Virus record (IMG/VR): IMGVR_UViG_3300020573_000227
Coordinates: 37,684-101,683 of that record
Length of the DNA: 64,000 bases
Reading direction: 5' to 3' (one strand)
Source of the DNA: a virus
Part shown: positions 24,933-34,290 of the stretch, one piece after another
Position numbering within the stretch: the stretch's first letter is position 1
Layout: each line of letters starts with the position of its first letter
Program-made: the position numbers and the translations under genes
The notes under the pieces: model-generated
Told to the model about the DNA's origin: nothing
Seen by the model: only the letters and a program-made list of their open reading frames with translations
The model's database searches: none

Positions 24933-25559
24933 ATGGAAGAAATGAGAAAAATAATGGATATTGAACACGAAAGTTTAGATTATATATCTAATTTTTTTAA
25001 TAATTTTGATTATAATAATCCAAATTTAGATATTTGTAAAATTGGTGAAATTAGGAACGATTTAATTTATTATAATGAAAATGTGTCCTTAAGAACGTAT
25101 TACCACTTCCCAATTGACAAATCTATAATTGTTCATTTTAAGGATAAAAAATTAACCGAGGAATTAACAAAATTTGTTGATTATTTAAAAACAATTTATA
25201 ACATAAAATACCTATGGTTAATGATATATTCACCAACATCTTTTTTAAACTTTCATTGGGACCATGGTAAAAATAGACATATAATTTCGTTGAATCGTAA
25301 TGAAAGATTTTTTAATTATGAAAATAATAATCTAATTAGAAATAATGGACAAACTAAATGTAATTTATACAATGAAAAATTGTTAGAACAAAAAGATAAT
25401 ATCGATTCTTTTAATGAATTTTTTACTAATGATTCCGAACTTTCTAATATTCATGTTTTAGACACTAAATCTGTTTATGTGTTTGGCAATTCATTACATA
25501 CGTTTGTAAATGCGTCTGATAAGTTAAGATCTGCCTTGGTATTTGAAATTATCGAATAA
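24933..25559 (+). CDS. Hypothetical protein, possible 2OG-Fe(II)/cupin fold
   Basis: FHWD (HxD)...HTFVN...R..LVF; start moved to ATG 24933. Confidence 0.55.
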   Translation: MEEMRKIMDIEHESLDYISNFFNNFDYNNPNLDICKIGEIRNDLIYYNENVSLRTYYHFPIDKSIIVHFKDKKLTEELTKFVDYLKTIYNIKYLWLMIYSPTSFLNFHWDHGKNRHIISLNRNERFFNYENNNLIRNNGQTKCNLYNEKLLEQKDNIDSFNEFFTNDSELSNIHVLDTKSVYVFGNSLHTFVNASDKLRSALVFEIIE

Positions 25560-25577
25560 TTTATTTACATTTGTTAT

Positions 25578-26336
25578 ATGAAAATAGTTTGTATATCTGA
25601 TACCCATAGTTTACATAGAATTATGGATGACATTAATCCATTACCGGAAGGTGATATATTAATTCATGCTGGTGATTGTACAAACGTGGGTAAACCTCAT
25701 GAGGTAAAAGAATTTGTTGAGTGGTTTATGAACATTGAAGGTTTTGACAGTAAGATATTCATTGCGGGTAATCATGATTGGGCATTTGAAAATCATAGAT
25801 ACCCACATCACAAAGGTGACTACGATTGGTATTATAATTTAATGAATGAAGAGAACCTTTCACAATCAAATGTAACTTATTTGGAAGATACAAACTTCAC
25901 AATTGAATCTCCCGAATTTTCGAGACCCATTAAAATACACGGTAGTCCGTGGCAACCCAATTTTTATGATTGGGCATTTAATTTACCAAGAATGGGTGAT
26001 GAAATTAAAGGTAAATGGGACATGATACCAGACGATACTGATATTTTAATTACACACGGACCACCACAAGAAATTAGGGATTTTGTGAGTAATTGGAGAC
26101 AAGGTGATATGAATGTTGGGTGTGAATTATTAAGGTATGAATTGGATAATAGACTCAAACCAATATTACACGTATTTGGACATATTCATGGGGCATATGG
26201 TGGAGCACACATCAAAGATACCCTTTATGTTAATGCTTCAACGTGTAATGATAGGTACGTACCTTCAAATAAACCAATCGTGGTGGAATTAAACGAATAT
26301 GACGGTCAGATAATAGCAACCTATTTAAACGAATAG
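25578..26336 (+). CDS. Calcineurin-like metallophosphoesterase
   Basis: SDTH, HAGD, AGNHD, ITHGPP, FGHIH. Confidence 0.92.
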   Translation: MKIVCISDTHSLHRIMDDINPLPEGDILIHAGDCTNVGKPHEVKEFVEWFMNIEGFDSKIFIAGNHDWAFENHRYPHHKGDYDWYYNLMNEENLSQSNVTYLEDTNFTIESPEFSRPIKIHGSPWQPNFYDWAFNLPRMGDEIKGKWDMIPDDTDILITHGPPQEIRDFVSNWRQGDMNVGCELLRYELDNRLKPILHVFGHIHGAYGGAHIKDTLYVNASTCNDRYVPSNKPIVVELNEYDGQIIATYLNE

Positions 26337-26390
26337 ACTTGACGATTTAACGATTTTTGTATATATTTATTATTAATAAACTTTTATATC

Positions 26391-26603
26391 ATGAAAAAAA
26401 TATTTGAATTAATTAAAAAATTATTGGGTGGTGGTTCTATTGCTGAAAAAACTGTACAGTTAAATCAACTTGAGGTTGAGGTTAAGAAGGAAGTTGAGGA
26501 AGTAAAAGAAGAAATTGCTGAAGTTGTTAAAGTAGTAAAAGAAAAGGTTAAAAAAACACCTAAGACTCAAGCTACAAAGGCACCGGTAAAGAAAAAGAAG
26601 TAA
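26391..26603 (+). CDS. Small Lys/Glu-rich protein with histone-like tail
   Basis: VKKTPKTQATKAPVKKKK. Confidence 0.65.
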   Translation: MKKIFELIKKLLGGGSIAEKTVQLNQLEVEVKKEVEEVKEEIAEVVKVVKEKVKKTPKTQATKAPVKKKK

Positions 26604-26688
26604 TTCATACTACATAAAGAATGTTTTAGGGTTAAAATTAGTTTTTTAACCCTTTTTCATCTACATTTGTAAAAGTTCTTTAAAATAT

Positions 26689-27084
26689 GGGGATGTTTGG
26701 TATTGATTTCAGGTATCAGGGATAAATGGCACGTAGTCAGAATTCATCTATGACTTAAATCCACGGTGAAGCAATTTAAGCGGCAACGTTTATAACAACA
26801 TGGAAGTAGCAGGTATTCTTGCAACTTCTAACGTAGCAGTAGCCTAAGGCGAAACTACAATCGGGTCGATGTACATATAACCTGGGAACAGAAGTACTTA
26901 AGGTGGAACACTACCCAAAAGTGTTGGAGCAAATTTGGTGGCTCTTGAAAATCCAGTCAGAAACGGTATTGTAGGTTTCCCGTAATTAACTTACTATTTG
27001 TCAATTGAGAACCGATTGAATAAACGTGTAGTCATTTATTGTTGAACAGGAAAGACACGGGTTCGACTCCCGTCATCTCCACCA
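26689..27084 (+). ncRNA. ssrA: tmRNA
   Basis: GGGGATG...CATCTCCACCA with G3-U70, T arm ACGGG-TTCGACT-CCCGT; tag ORF 26782-26847 GNVYNNMEVAGILATSNVAVA*. Confidence 0.92.
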
Positions 27085-27085
27085 T

Positions 27086-27110
27086 AAACCCATCTTCGGA
27101 TGGGTTTTTT
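27086..27110 (+). terminator. tmRNA terminator
   Basis: AAACCCATC-TTCG-GATGGGTTT + T-run. Confidence 0.8.
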
Positions 27111-27122
27111 GTTTGGGACTTC

Positions 27123-27225
27123 TATAAACGAACAAAAGGTCCGAAGACCCTTTGTCGAGATTTAGAACACCTCCTTTTCGTTTTATAAGTTTTATCGTTT
27201 AATGGCGACCAAACCAATTAAACTC
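27123..27225 (-). ncRNA. Candidate small RNA B with extended SD (complement of 16S 3' end), no ORF
   Basis: TATTTATA box 27229-27236; 5' hairpin; AAAGGAGGTGTTC; C-UUCG-G hairpin whose G-U pair forms only on the - strand. Confidence 0.65.
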
Positions 27226-27239
27226 TCTTATAAATATCT

Positions 27240-28286
27240 TTATAATAGAGAATGTAAGTTTTTTAGTACAATATTTTTAATAATATTTTCTTGTAGTTTT
27301 TTTGTTCCGTCGGCGTTGTACGATTGTAAAAATTCACTTTGGGGTACCCAAGTTCCTCCATTCTTATATCCGTCAAAAACAAATGGATTACCACCATCAT
27401 CTATTTCTATTTTACCATGATTTACAGGTAATTGACTTTTTTGTGCGTCTAACTGAGCTTGTAGAAATTCGGGACTATCGTCACCCATTCCCGTGTATTC
27501 AGATTTTTTTGTTGTTAACGAAGGATCAGATAACTTGGCCCAAGTAAGAGGTCCCACCACACCATCATCTTTTAAACCATTTGCTGATTGAAAATCTTTG
27601 ACCATTTTTTTAGTTCTTCCACCAAAAATCTTATCTACCTTACCATCTTTACTAATTTCTTTATGTCCATTACTGATAAGTAATTCTTGAATTTTACCAA
27701 CGATATCACCTTTCATTCCTAACTTAACAATTCCACCATTTTTTAAATCTTCTGGTGTTAATGTTGTCGAAACTAATTTTGATTCATCTTTTTTAGGTGT
27801 TTGATTTTTTAATGTCGCATTTTTTACCGAATCTAATTCCAAAAACAGTCTATTATTTTGAAGACATTTGTAGTTACCCTTTTCTCCTTTATGTTTTCCC
27901 CCTAAAACCATAAAACGAGTGGACTTGGCAAAAAGTTGAACAAGTGGCGTATCCCAAACAGTTGTTTTATAAACAATAACGTCTATACCTTTTGGTGTTT
28001 TTACGACTTTACCCTTTTTTGATGCACATGGTGGAAAATCATTATTTGTTGGTTGATTTGGGTTAGGTGTTGGATTTAGTACTGGATTTGATACTGGATT
28101 TGGTTTAGAATTGGGTAAATTAAAATCTACTAAGTTCTCATATTCCGGAAACTTCTTCAAAAATTTTATTGTTAAATCTATATCAGATAAATCATCATAA
28201 GAACTTGGATATTTTTTTCTAACCCTTGATGCAAATTCCGATACTGATATTTTTGTGGAATTTTGTTCCTCTAAAAATTTTTCCAT
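27240..28286 (-). CDS. Peptidoglycan-binding domain protein (possible virion protein)
   Basis: VKLGMKGDIVGKIQELL...DKIFGGRTKKMVKDFQSANGLKDDGVVGPLTW. Confidence 0.75.
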   Translation of the reverse strand: MEKFLEEQNSTKISVSEFASRVRKKYPSSYDDLSDIDLTIKFLKKFPEYENLVDFNLPNSKPNPVSNPVLNPTPNPNQPTNNDFPPCASKKGKVVKTPKGIDVIVYKTTVWDTPLVQLFAKSTRFMVLGGKHKGEKGNYKCLQNNRLFLELDSVKNATLKNQTPKKDESKLVSTTLTPEDLKNGGIVKLGMKGDIVGKIQELLISNGHKEISKDGKVDKIFGGRTKKMVKDFQSANGLKDDGVVGPLTWAKLSDPSLTTKKSEYTGMGDDSPEFLQAQLDAQKSQLPVNHGKIEIDDGGNPFVFDGYKNGGTWVPQSEFLQSYNADGTKKLQENIIKNIVLKNLHSLL

Positions 28287-28292
28287 AAATTC

Positions 28293-29252
28293 TTAATTAT
28301 TTCTAATTCCCAAAGGATCGTTATTGTTAGTATTTTGTTGTGTTCCACCACTCATTCCAAATAATTTCATAATTTTATCTCTAAACGTAAAAACTAAAGT
28401 TGCCGCAGAAATTGCTAGTGAAATTAACGTGTAATACAATATACTCGATAATCCTGTTTTACCCACAACATTTACTGTTTTATTTGGATTTTCGGCTATT
28501 TTATCTCCTATATTTATAAGCCAACCAAATCTCTTACGATCTAGTTGCTTAGATAATGTTCTAGCTTCTTTAATTAATTCCGATGCTGGCATGTTACCAA
28601 TTTTACTATATTGATATTTCATTGCCCTCTCAACAGCATCGGAGAAACCAAATGTTTCAATTTGTGCATAATATGCCAAAGCTTTCATATCATTTTTTGC
28701 TGTTTGAGCAATTGATGCGTCCATCATTTTCCGTATACTATCATCAGGGTTTAAAATTAAATTATTAGATGGTGTGTACGGTGGTGGTGCTGGTTGTGTA
28801 CCCGGTTGAGTACTTCCCGCACCTGTTCCGGCGCCACTTGATGTTCTACCTGCTTTATATGCTTTATTAATATCTTTAAGAATGGCTCTATTATACCCTT
28901 GTGCAGATAATTCAGTATATGCCGCTGCGGCATCACCTGGTATTGTCATATTGTATTTGGATAATATAGAATCAATAATATTTTTATCTGCAATATAAAT
29001 GGCTTCGGCAATTTCTTTTCTAATTGCAGCCATTTCAACACTCTTTAACGCTGTTGTTATTTCAGTGTCAGAGGCATTTGCAAGTGATTTACCCATTTTT
29101 GCTTCGATACCGGTAATAAATCTTGATTCAATAGCTGAACCTAATCTTCTTACAATACCTAAAATAGGGTTTGCTTCTAAAATAATGTTACTTTCTTTTA
29201 TATTAAGTAACATCTTAATTCTATTTATTTCTTCGTTTAAAGTTTGTTTCAT
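28293..29252 (-). CDS. Hypothetical protein with LNEE-type leader and C-terminal TM
   Basis: MKQTLNEEINRIKMLL..ILEA. Confidence 0.7.
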   Translation of the reverse strand: MKQTLNEEINRIKMLLNIKESNIILEANPILGIVRRLGSAIESRFITGIEAKMGKSLANASDTEITTALKSVEMAAIRKEIAEAIYIADKNIIDSILSKYNMTIPGDAAAAYTELSAQGYNRAILKDINKAYKAGRTSSGAGTGAGSTQPGTQPAPPPYTPSNNLILNPDDSIRKMMDASIAQTAKNDMKALAYYAQIETFGFSDAVERAMKYQYSKIGNMPASELIKEARTLSKQLDRKRFGWLINIGDKIAENPNKTVNVVGKTGLSSILYYTLISLAISAATLVFTFRDKIMKLFGMSGGTQQNTNNNDPLGIRNN

Positions 29253-29286
29253 TGTTTTTGATTATATTTTTATAAATATCTATTAT

Positions 29287-30264
29287 TTAATCTTTAAATT
29301 CCCACTCCCCATTTACTAAAACCATTTCTTTGCTATTAAAAACTTCAGGTTTCGATTGTTTAAATGTATTAATATCTTGTTTAGGTTTTCCCGTAAGTTT
29401 ATCGTATCCCATACTATACGCAACACCAAGACCTCCATATCCCACAATACCTGCTCCGGTACCCAACGCCTTATTTACCACGTTTTTTCTAACAATATTT
29501 TTTTGTACCCCCTTTCTGGCAGCAGCAATGGTGGCGTCTTTACCAATTTTTTCCATTTCAGCCTTAATCAAATCTTTATATTTTGCCATTTTTGATACCA
29601 CTTCAATTTCTGTTGGATTTGTAATTTTAGTCCCCAAGGTTAATTTTTTTGCTAATTCACTCATACCTTTGGCTCCCAACGTTTTAACTCCCGGAATTTT
29701 GGATGCAATAGATCCGACACCCGGTAGTAAAGCAAACATTCCAACCATACCCGCCATTTTTGTATCACCTTCGTTATAATATTGTGCTGCATCCATTAAA
29801 CCAATACCACTTGATAATACCGGACCAACAAACGGGATAAAAATTGCCCCTATTGCTAAAACGGTATTAACTTCATGATTATATTTTTTGTAAAAATCAA
29901 CAACTCCCTGTACCAGTTCTCTATTTTCTTTGTTAGATTTCTCCGCAGCCGCCGCCGTACCATATCTTCTATTAAAATTGATGTCCAAACTACCTTGTTC
30001 CTTCAATTGGTTGGCCTTACCTCTTTTTAGACTGGCACCGACCACATCAGACCATTTGGTAATACCAACTTGATTTGCGGGTCCTCTCGTTACTCCACTC
30101 TCCCATTTCCCCACAGCAGGATAACCCTTACCACCCGATTGTTGAGCACTTGTACCCGCCTCAGGTTCTGGATTCACAGGTTCCCCCTGTTCTTCAATTT
30201 CTTGACTCTTAACCACTTCCGAAATGACTAACTTATATTGTCTTTCTGTTAACCCTAATTTCAT
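29287..30264 (-). CDS. Hypothetical protein with LTE-type leader and hydrophobic Gly-rich helices
   Basis: MKLGLTERQYK; IPFVG...D...Y..EGD...AG.....LLPGVG. Confidence 0.7.
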   Translation of the reverse strand: MKLGLTERQYKLVISEVVKSQEIEEQGEPVNPEPEAGTSAQQSGGKGYPAVGKWESGVTRGPANQVGITKWSDVVGASLKRGKANQLKEQGSLDINFNRRYGTAAAAEKSNKENRELVQGVVDFYKKYNHEVNTVLAIGAIFIPFVGPVLSSGIGLMDAAQYYNEGDTKMAGMVGMFALLPGVGSIASKIPGVKTLGAKGMSELAKKLTLGTKITNPTEIEVVSKMAKYKDLIKAEMEKIGKDATIAAARKGVQKNIVRKNVVNKALGTGAGIVGYGGLGVAYSMGYDKLTGKPKQDINTFKQSKPEVFNSKEMVLVNGEWEFKD

Positions 30265-30345
30265 AACTTATAAATATCTAAAAAAAACTTTGAAATTGAT
30301 TGTGATATACTAAAAAATACCTATTTTTGTCAAAAATATAAAGAC

Positions 30346-30909
30346 ATGAAGAAATTAATATTGATTTTAATCATTTTTACCCTATTTGGGTGTGAGAAAT
30401 ATGAACTACAATCCCCACCTAAACTAACGGGAGGTAAATGGATTTTAACCGATTATGATATTACAGTAACGAGTTCAATTAGTCCCGTTAAGGTCATTAA
30501 AACCGATACCGTATGTATTACGTCATTTAATTTACAACAATTTACCGATAGTAATGTAATAATGAAACAGGACTATTCAAAAACGGCGGTAGATAGACGT
30601 TTTATAAGGGGTAAAACCACATGGGAATTTGATAGTAATAATAGACAACTCTATTGTGATTATACACAAATGCCGGGTATTATTAAGCCCGAACCATTTT
30701 GGGTAAATCTTTCATTATATGATAATAATTTGGAGGTAATGAATACCACTAACGGTGCGGTGACAAATTATACCTATAGAGCCAATGATGTGGGATACCC
30801 AAGAACAATGACACTACTCAGTCCTCCAATTGTTACAGATTTATACATGTCTAACGGTACGAGAGACAAAGCAGCAACTGTAAGGGTTACGTTGTATTTT
30901 ATGAGGTAA
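30346..30909 (+). CDS. Lipoprotein, lipocalin-like
   Basis: LFGC lipobox; LTGGKWILT. Confidence 0.65.
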   Translation: MKKLILILIIFTLFGCEKYELQSPPKLTGGKWILTDYDITVTSSISPVKVIKTDTVCITSFNLQQFTDSNVIMKQDYSKTAVDRRFIRGKTTWEFDSNNRQLYCDYTQMPGIIKPEPFWVNLSLYDNNLEVMNTTNGAVTNYTYRANDVGYPRTMTLLSPPIVTDLYMSNGTRDKAATVRVTLYFMR

Positions 30910-30910
30910 T

Positions 30911-31279
30911 TTACTCGTCGTAAATTGTTTGGTCTTCTTTGGCGAACATTTTAATGTACTGTCCGGCCTTTGCGTTTGCCTCATCCTCAATTTCACCCCC
31001 GATGTCCGGTGGTTGAACCTTCAAACGACCTTGTTCGAATTGTTTGTGGTGAACCATTTCATGTGCAATACTTCTCATAACATCAACTAAAGCTCGTCCT
31101 TTAGAACAAACCTTAATGATTTTTTCATCCTTGGTATAATCGTAATTTGCGGTAGTTTTAAGATTCTTTCTGTGATTCTGAATAGAAATAACAGGAACTG
31201 TGTCCAATTCTAATTGGTCCTTAACAAATTTAACAAATCTGTTTAACTTATCTTTTTTATCGTCGTTTAAGAAACTCAT
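30911..31279 (-). CDS. Small zincin-like HExxH protein
   Basis: RSIAHEMVHHKQ...EDEANA. Confidence 0.7.
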   Translation of the reverse strand: MSFLNDDKKDKLNRFVKFVKDQLELDTVPVISIQNHRKNLKTTANYDYTKDEKIIKVCSKGRALVDVMRSIAHEMVHHKQFEQGRLKVQPPDIGGEIEDEANAKAGQYIKMFAKEDQTIYDE

Positions 31280-31290
31280 AACTATAAATA

Positions 31291-31530
31291 TTACAAAGTT
31301 TTTTCTTCTGGTAGGTCATTGTCCAAAAGATATTGATTTAACATCTCAACGATGAATTCTTCATCAATGTAATCCATATCCTCTTCAATTAAAATAGACG
31401 GCGAATAGTATTCAATGTCTTCGAAACCGAGTTCTAAAACACGGTAAAAACTGTCTCCATCGTCATTTGTCGAAAACTCGACGTATAACCTCCTGTTATC
31501 GTCGTTGTAGTAGAATTCAATTATTTTCAT
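31291..31530 (-). CDS. Small acidic hypothetical protein
   Basis: ORF; very D/E-rich. Confidence 0.65.
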   Translation of the reverse strand: MKIIEFYYNDDNRRLYVEFSTNDDGDSFYRVLELGFEDIEYYSPSILIEEDMDYIDEEFIVEMLNQYLLDNDLPEEKTL

Positions 31531-31613
31531 TATGAATAATGATAAGTATTATCATTATTTCTAAAATACATTTTTTTATATACAAAATAGTTTATTATTG
31601 ATATAATTAAAGT

Positions 31614-31940
31614 ATGGATTGGTATACTATTGAATATTTGTACCCAAATGCCTTGTCTAAATTTAAAGAAAGGATGTTCCCTAATGTTGGGGTATTGAGT
31701 CTATCTACGTTGGTGTACTATGATAATAAGAAACTATACCAATTTTTTGATAAGGAGGGAGTTTACCTATCTATTGAGATGTACAACCCCCACCAATGGG
31801 TATTTTCCATATCATTACATAATGGTATTGTATTTGGCCCAACTCAAGAATCAAAAAAAACAAGAGAGGAGGCGGAGGAGGATGGGTTCTTTGAATGTTT
31901 TAGAGTATTGGACATGATAATTATAGGTAAAGTATCTTGA
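31614..31940 (+). CDS. Hypothetical protein
   Basis: LYQFFDKEGV...TREEAE..GF..CF. Confidence 0.7.
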   Translation: MDWYTIEYLYPNALSKFKERMFPNVGVLSLSTLVYYDNKKLYQFFDKEGVYLSIEMYNPHQWVFSISLHNGIVFGPTQESKKTREEAEEDGFFECFRVLDMIIIGKVS

Positions 31941-31951
31941 ATTTTTATATT

Positions 31952-32248
31952 ATGAACATGTCATTAAATTTTTTATTACAAGCAACTAGAGTTCTTCATG
32001 TGGGTAACTATGATGAGGATGAATTAGAAATGATTTATAATTTTTTTATTTCTGTTGACAATGAGATATTAAATGATTATTATAATAGGTGTACGATATT
32101 ATCATATAACAATGATTTAGAATTGTATGTTGAAATAACCGATTCCCTTATTGAAATTTTTGAGGAGATTGAGGAATACGAAAAATGTATCTTACTCAAA
32201 TATCAAAAAGAGGAATCTTTAAAAATAATGAATAAAATAAAAAATTAA
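31952..32248 (+). CDS. Hypothetical protein with C-terminal UVR-like motif
   Basis: FEEIEEYEKCILLK. Confidence 0.6.
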   Translation: MNMSLNFLLQATRVLHVGNYDEDELEMIYNFFISVDNEILNDYYNRCTILSYNNDLELYVEITDSLIEIFEEIEEYEKCILLKYQKEESLKIMNKIKN

Positions 32249-32250
32249 TT

Positions 32251-32397
32251 ATGGCAGTATTTGGAATGTCTGAAGAAGAGAAAAAAAGAATCTCTGATCA
32301 ACATAAAGAACTCGAAAAGAAAAATCGAGAGAAAAAAGAAGAATTAAGAATGGGTTTGAAAAAACCAGAAAAGAAAGAAGAAAAGAAAACCTCCTAA
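32251..32397 (+). CDS. Small charged protein, 48 aa (not in ORF track)
   Basis: MAVFGMSEEEKKRISDQHKELE...KTS*. Confidence 0.6.
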   Translation: MAVFGMSEEEKKRISDQHKELEKKNREKKEELRMGLKKPEKKEEKKTS

Positions 32398-33506
32398 TCG
32401 GAGGTTTTTTCAATTTTAATTGTGTCTAATTTTTCCCAATTCGTTTTATTATACCAATCATATGTGTGATACATATCGAAATCATCATCAGTTAAATTGA
32501 TGATGAAAAATCCATTTTTGTTAGATTGAAACTTATATTCACTTTCTTTTCCTGCAATAACAATTTTAAAAATATGATCTAAAAATCTATGATCTGTTTT
32601 TTCCAACCCCCAATAAAACTCAACATTTAAAAATCCTTCATATCTAAACATTTTTAAATCCAACGGTATTTTATGGTTTTCAAATTCAATAATAAAATTA
32701 TTATCATAAACTAAATCTCCATTTGAGATATCCAAATAGTCAATATATGTTTTATATAGTTCTCTAACCGGTGGATAACTTACAAAGTGTAAACATTCTA
32801 TTTTTTTAATATCTACCGATTGAAAATATGGTATTCGATATTCGTCAAGTCCTAATGAAACGTAACGACCGTCTTTATAGAACATATGAGCAAATGCCGA
32901 TTGTTCAATCCATGACGGGAAATAATTTACACCCTTACCAACCAAGTTCCCCAACGCAAACTCTAAAGAATTGATATTATAATATTCGGGAGATGGGATG
33001 TATATTAAACCTGTATTGACATTTTTAAAAACCGGCACCTCGTCTTTTGGTTCGTTAAAACAATACGAACTTTGTACATCAGGAAAATAAAATGGAGTAT
33101 TTGAATTTATTAAATCAATTACATTTTTAGGTTTTTGCATGAAAAGAAGGTCACTATCTAACCCAAGTACTTTTTTTGTTTTTGAAAAATAATAATAATC
33201 AAATGTTTTAATTTTATGCCATAAATTAATCGGGTTTTTACCTAATCGATAACTATAACAATTCGGATAGTCCTTTATGTGTTCCTCAATATCAAAATCC
33301 GCATCACTTCTTTTTATTAAAACGACGTTTTTTATATTATTCAATAAGATTATGTCGGATTCCGTTAATGACCCATCGTCATGTAAAAAAACCGGCACAT
33401 CTTTGAATTCCTCAAATTTTTGTAGTGATTTGAAATTATTAATTGCCAATAACACATCTCTATTACAAATCAGAGTGTGTATTTCTAAATCTTTGAAATT
33501 ATTCAT
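32394..33506 (-). CDS. GT-A glycosyltransferase-like protein
   Basis: HDDGSL, LDSDLLF (DxD), NTGL, EQ; C-terminal domain shared with 34287. Confidence 0.7.
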   Translation of the reverse strand: MNNFKDLEIHTLICNRDVLLAINNFKSLQKFEEFKDVPVFLHDDGSLTESDIILLNNIKNVVLIKRSDADFDIEEHIKDYPNCYSYRLGKNPINLWHKIKTFDYYYFSKTKKVLGLDSDLLFMQKPKNVIDLINSNTPFYFPDVQSSYCFNEPKDEVPVFKNVNTGLIYIPSPEYYNINSLEFALGNLVGKGVNYFPSWIEQSAFAHMFYKDGRYVSLGLDEYRIPYFQSVDIKKIECLHFVSYPPVRELYKTYIDYLDISNGDLVYDNNFIIEFENHKIPLDLKMFRYEGFLNVEFYWGLEKTDHRFLDHIFKIVIAGKESEYKFQSNKNGFFIINLTDDDFDMYHTYDWYNKTNWEKLDTIKIEKTSD

Positions 33507-33516
33507 CGTATTTTTT

Positions 33517-34290
33517 TTAACCGGCGATATTCCATGGTTTTACGCCATCAACCTTTTCTTTATAATTTGAAATAAAGAATTTATTTATTAAAGTAACCAA
33601 CGGACTTACTCCGTTAAAAGTTAATCCACTATTATAACATGCAATAGACATGGTACCACCTTCCCCCGCACCTGTATTTTTATAATACTTATGTCTAATG
33701 TCAAATTCATTACAAAATTCCGCCAATTTATCCCATATGTCAAAAAAGACATCTTCCTTACCCTCCTCTTTTGTTATTGCCCACCTACCCTCTAAATAAT
33801 GTTCCAAATAATCGTAATCCTTACCTTTATGATATTGTTTTTTATATTTTAAATTCAAATCATTTAATAATTTTATACCTTCTTTACCATATTTTGTATT
33901 TCTTCTATCTTGATTTTCACACGGAGTAATATCCTCAGAACAAAACGTAAGTCCAATATTACCAAACATCGCAAAAATGTGTAAACCAGAAGGTAAATTA
34001 TTTAAAAAACTTAAATTATCGGTATTTTGAATATGTACATCGGCATCTAAAAAAAATGCGGTCCTGTATTTTTTTAAACATTCCCTCATTACTATTCTCT
34101 TATCATGAAATGAAAAATATTCTTTATCGTGTTTAATTACCGTTATATCTTTATTATCAATATAATGATTTTCTTCGTTTGTTAAAACATAAACGTGATA
34201 ACCCATCTGATTTAATTGACTAATTAGAGAGTCACCAAATTTCAAATATTTTTTTCCATATGTTATTGTACAGAATGCAAAATCGTTCAT
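33517..34290 (-). CDS. Glycosyltransferase-like protein
   Basis: FSFHDKR, FLDAD; paralogous to the middle domain of 34287. Confidence 0.6.
   Translation of the reverse strand: MNDFAFCTITYGKKYLKFGDSLISQLNQMGYHVYVLTNEENHYIDNKDITVIKHDKEYFSFHDKRIVMRECLKKYRTAFFLDADVHIQNTDNLSFLNNLPSGLHIFAMFGNIGLTFCSEDITPCENQDRRNTKYGKEGIKLLNDLNLKYKKQYHKGKDYDYLEHYLEGRWAITKEEGKEDVFFDIWDKLAEFCNEFDIRHKYYKNTGAGEGGTMSIACYNSGLTFNGVSPLVTLINKFFISNYKEKVDGVKPWNIAG

Noticed and set aside
27202-27547. Plus-strand ORFs over RNA B and the PG-binding gene
   Set aside because: Antisense shadows with no promoter; the tmRNA terminator lies upstream
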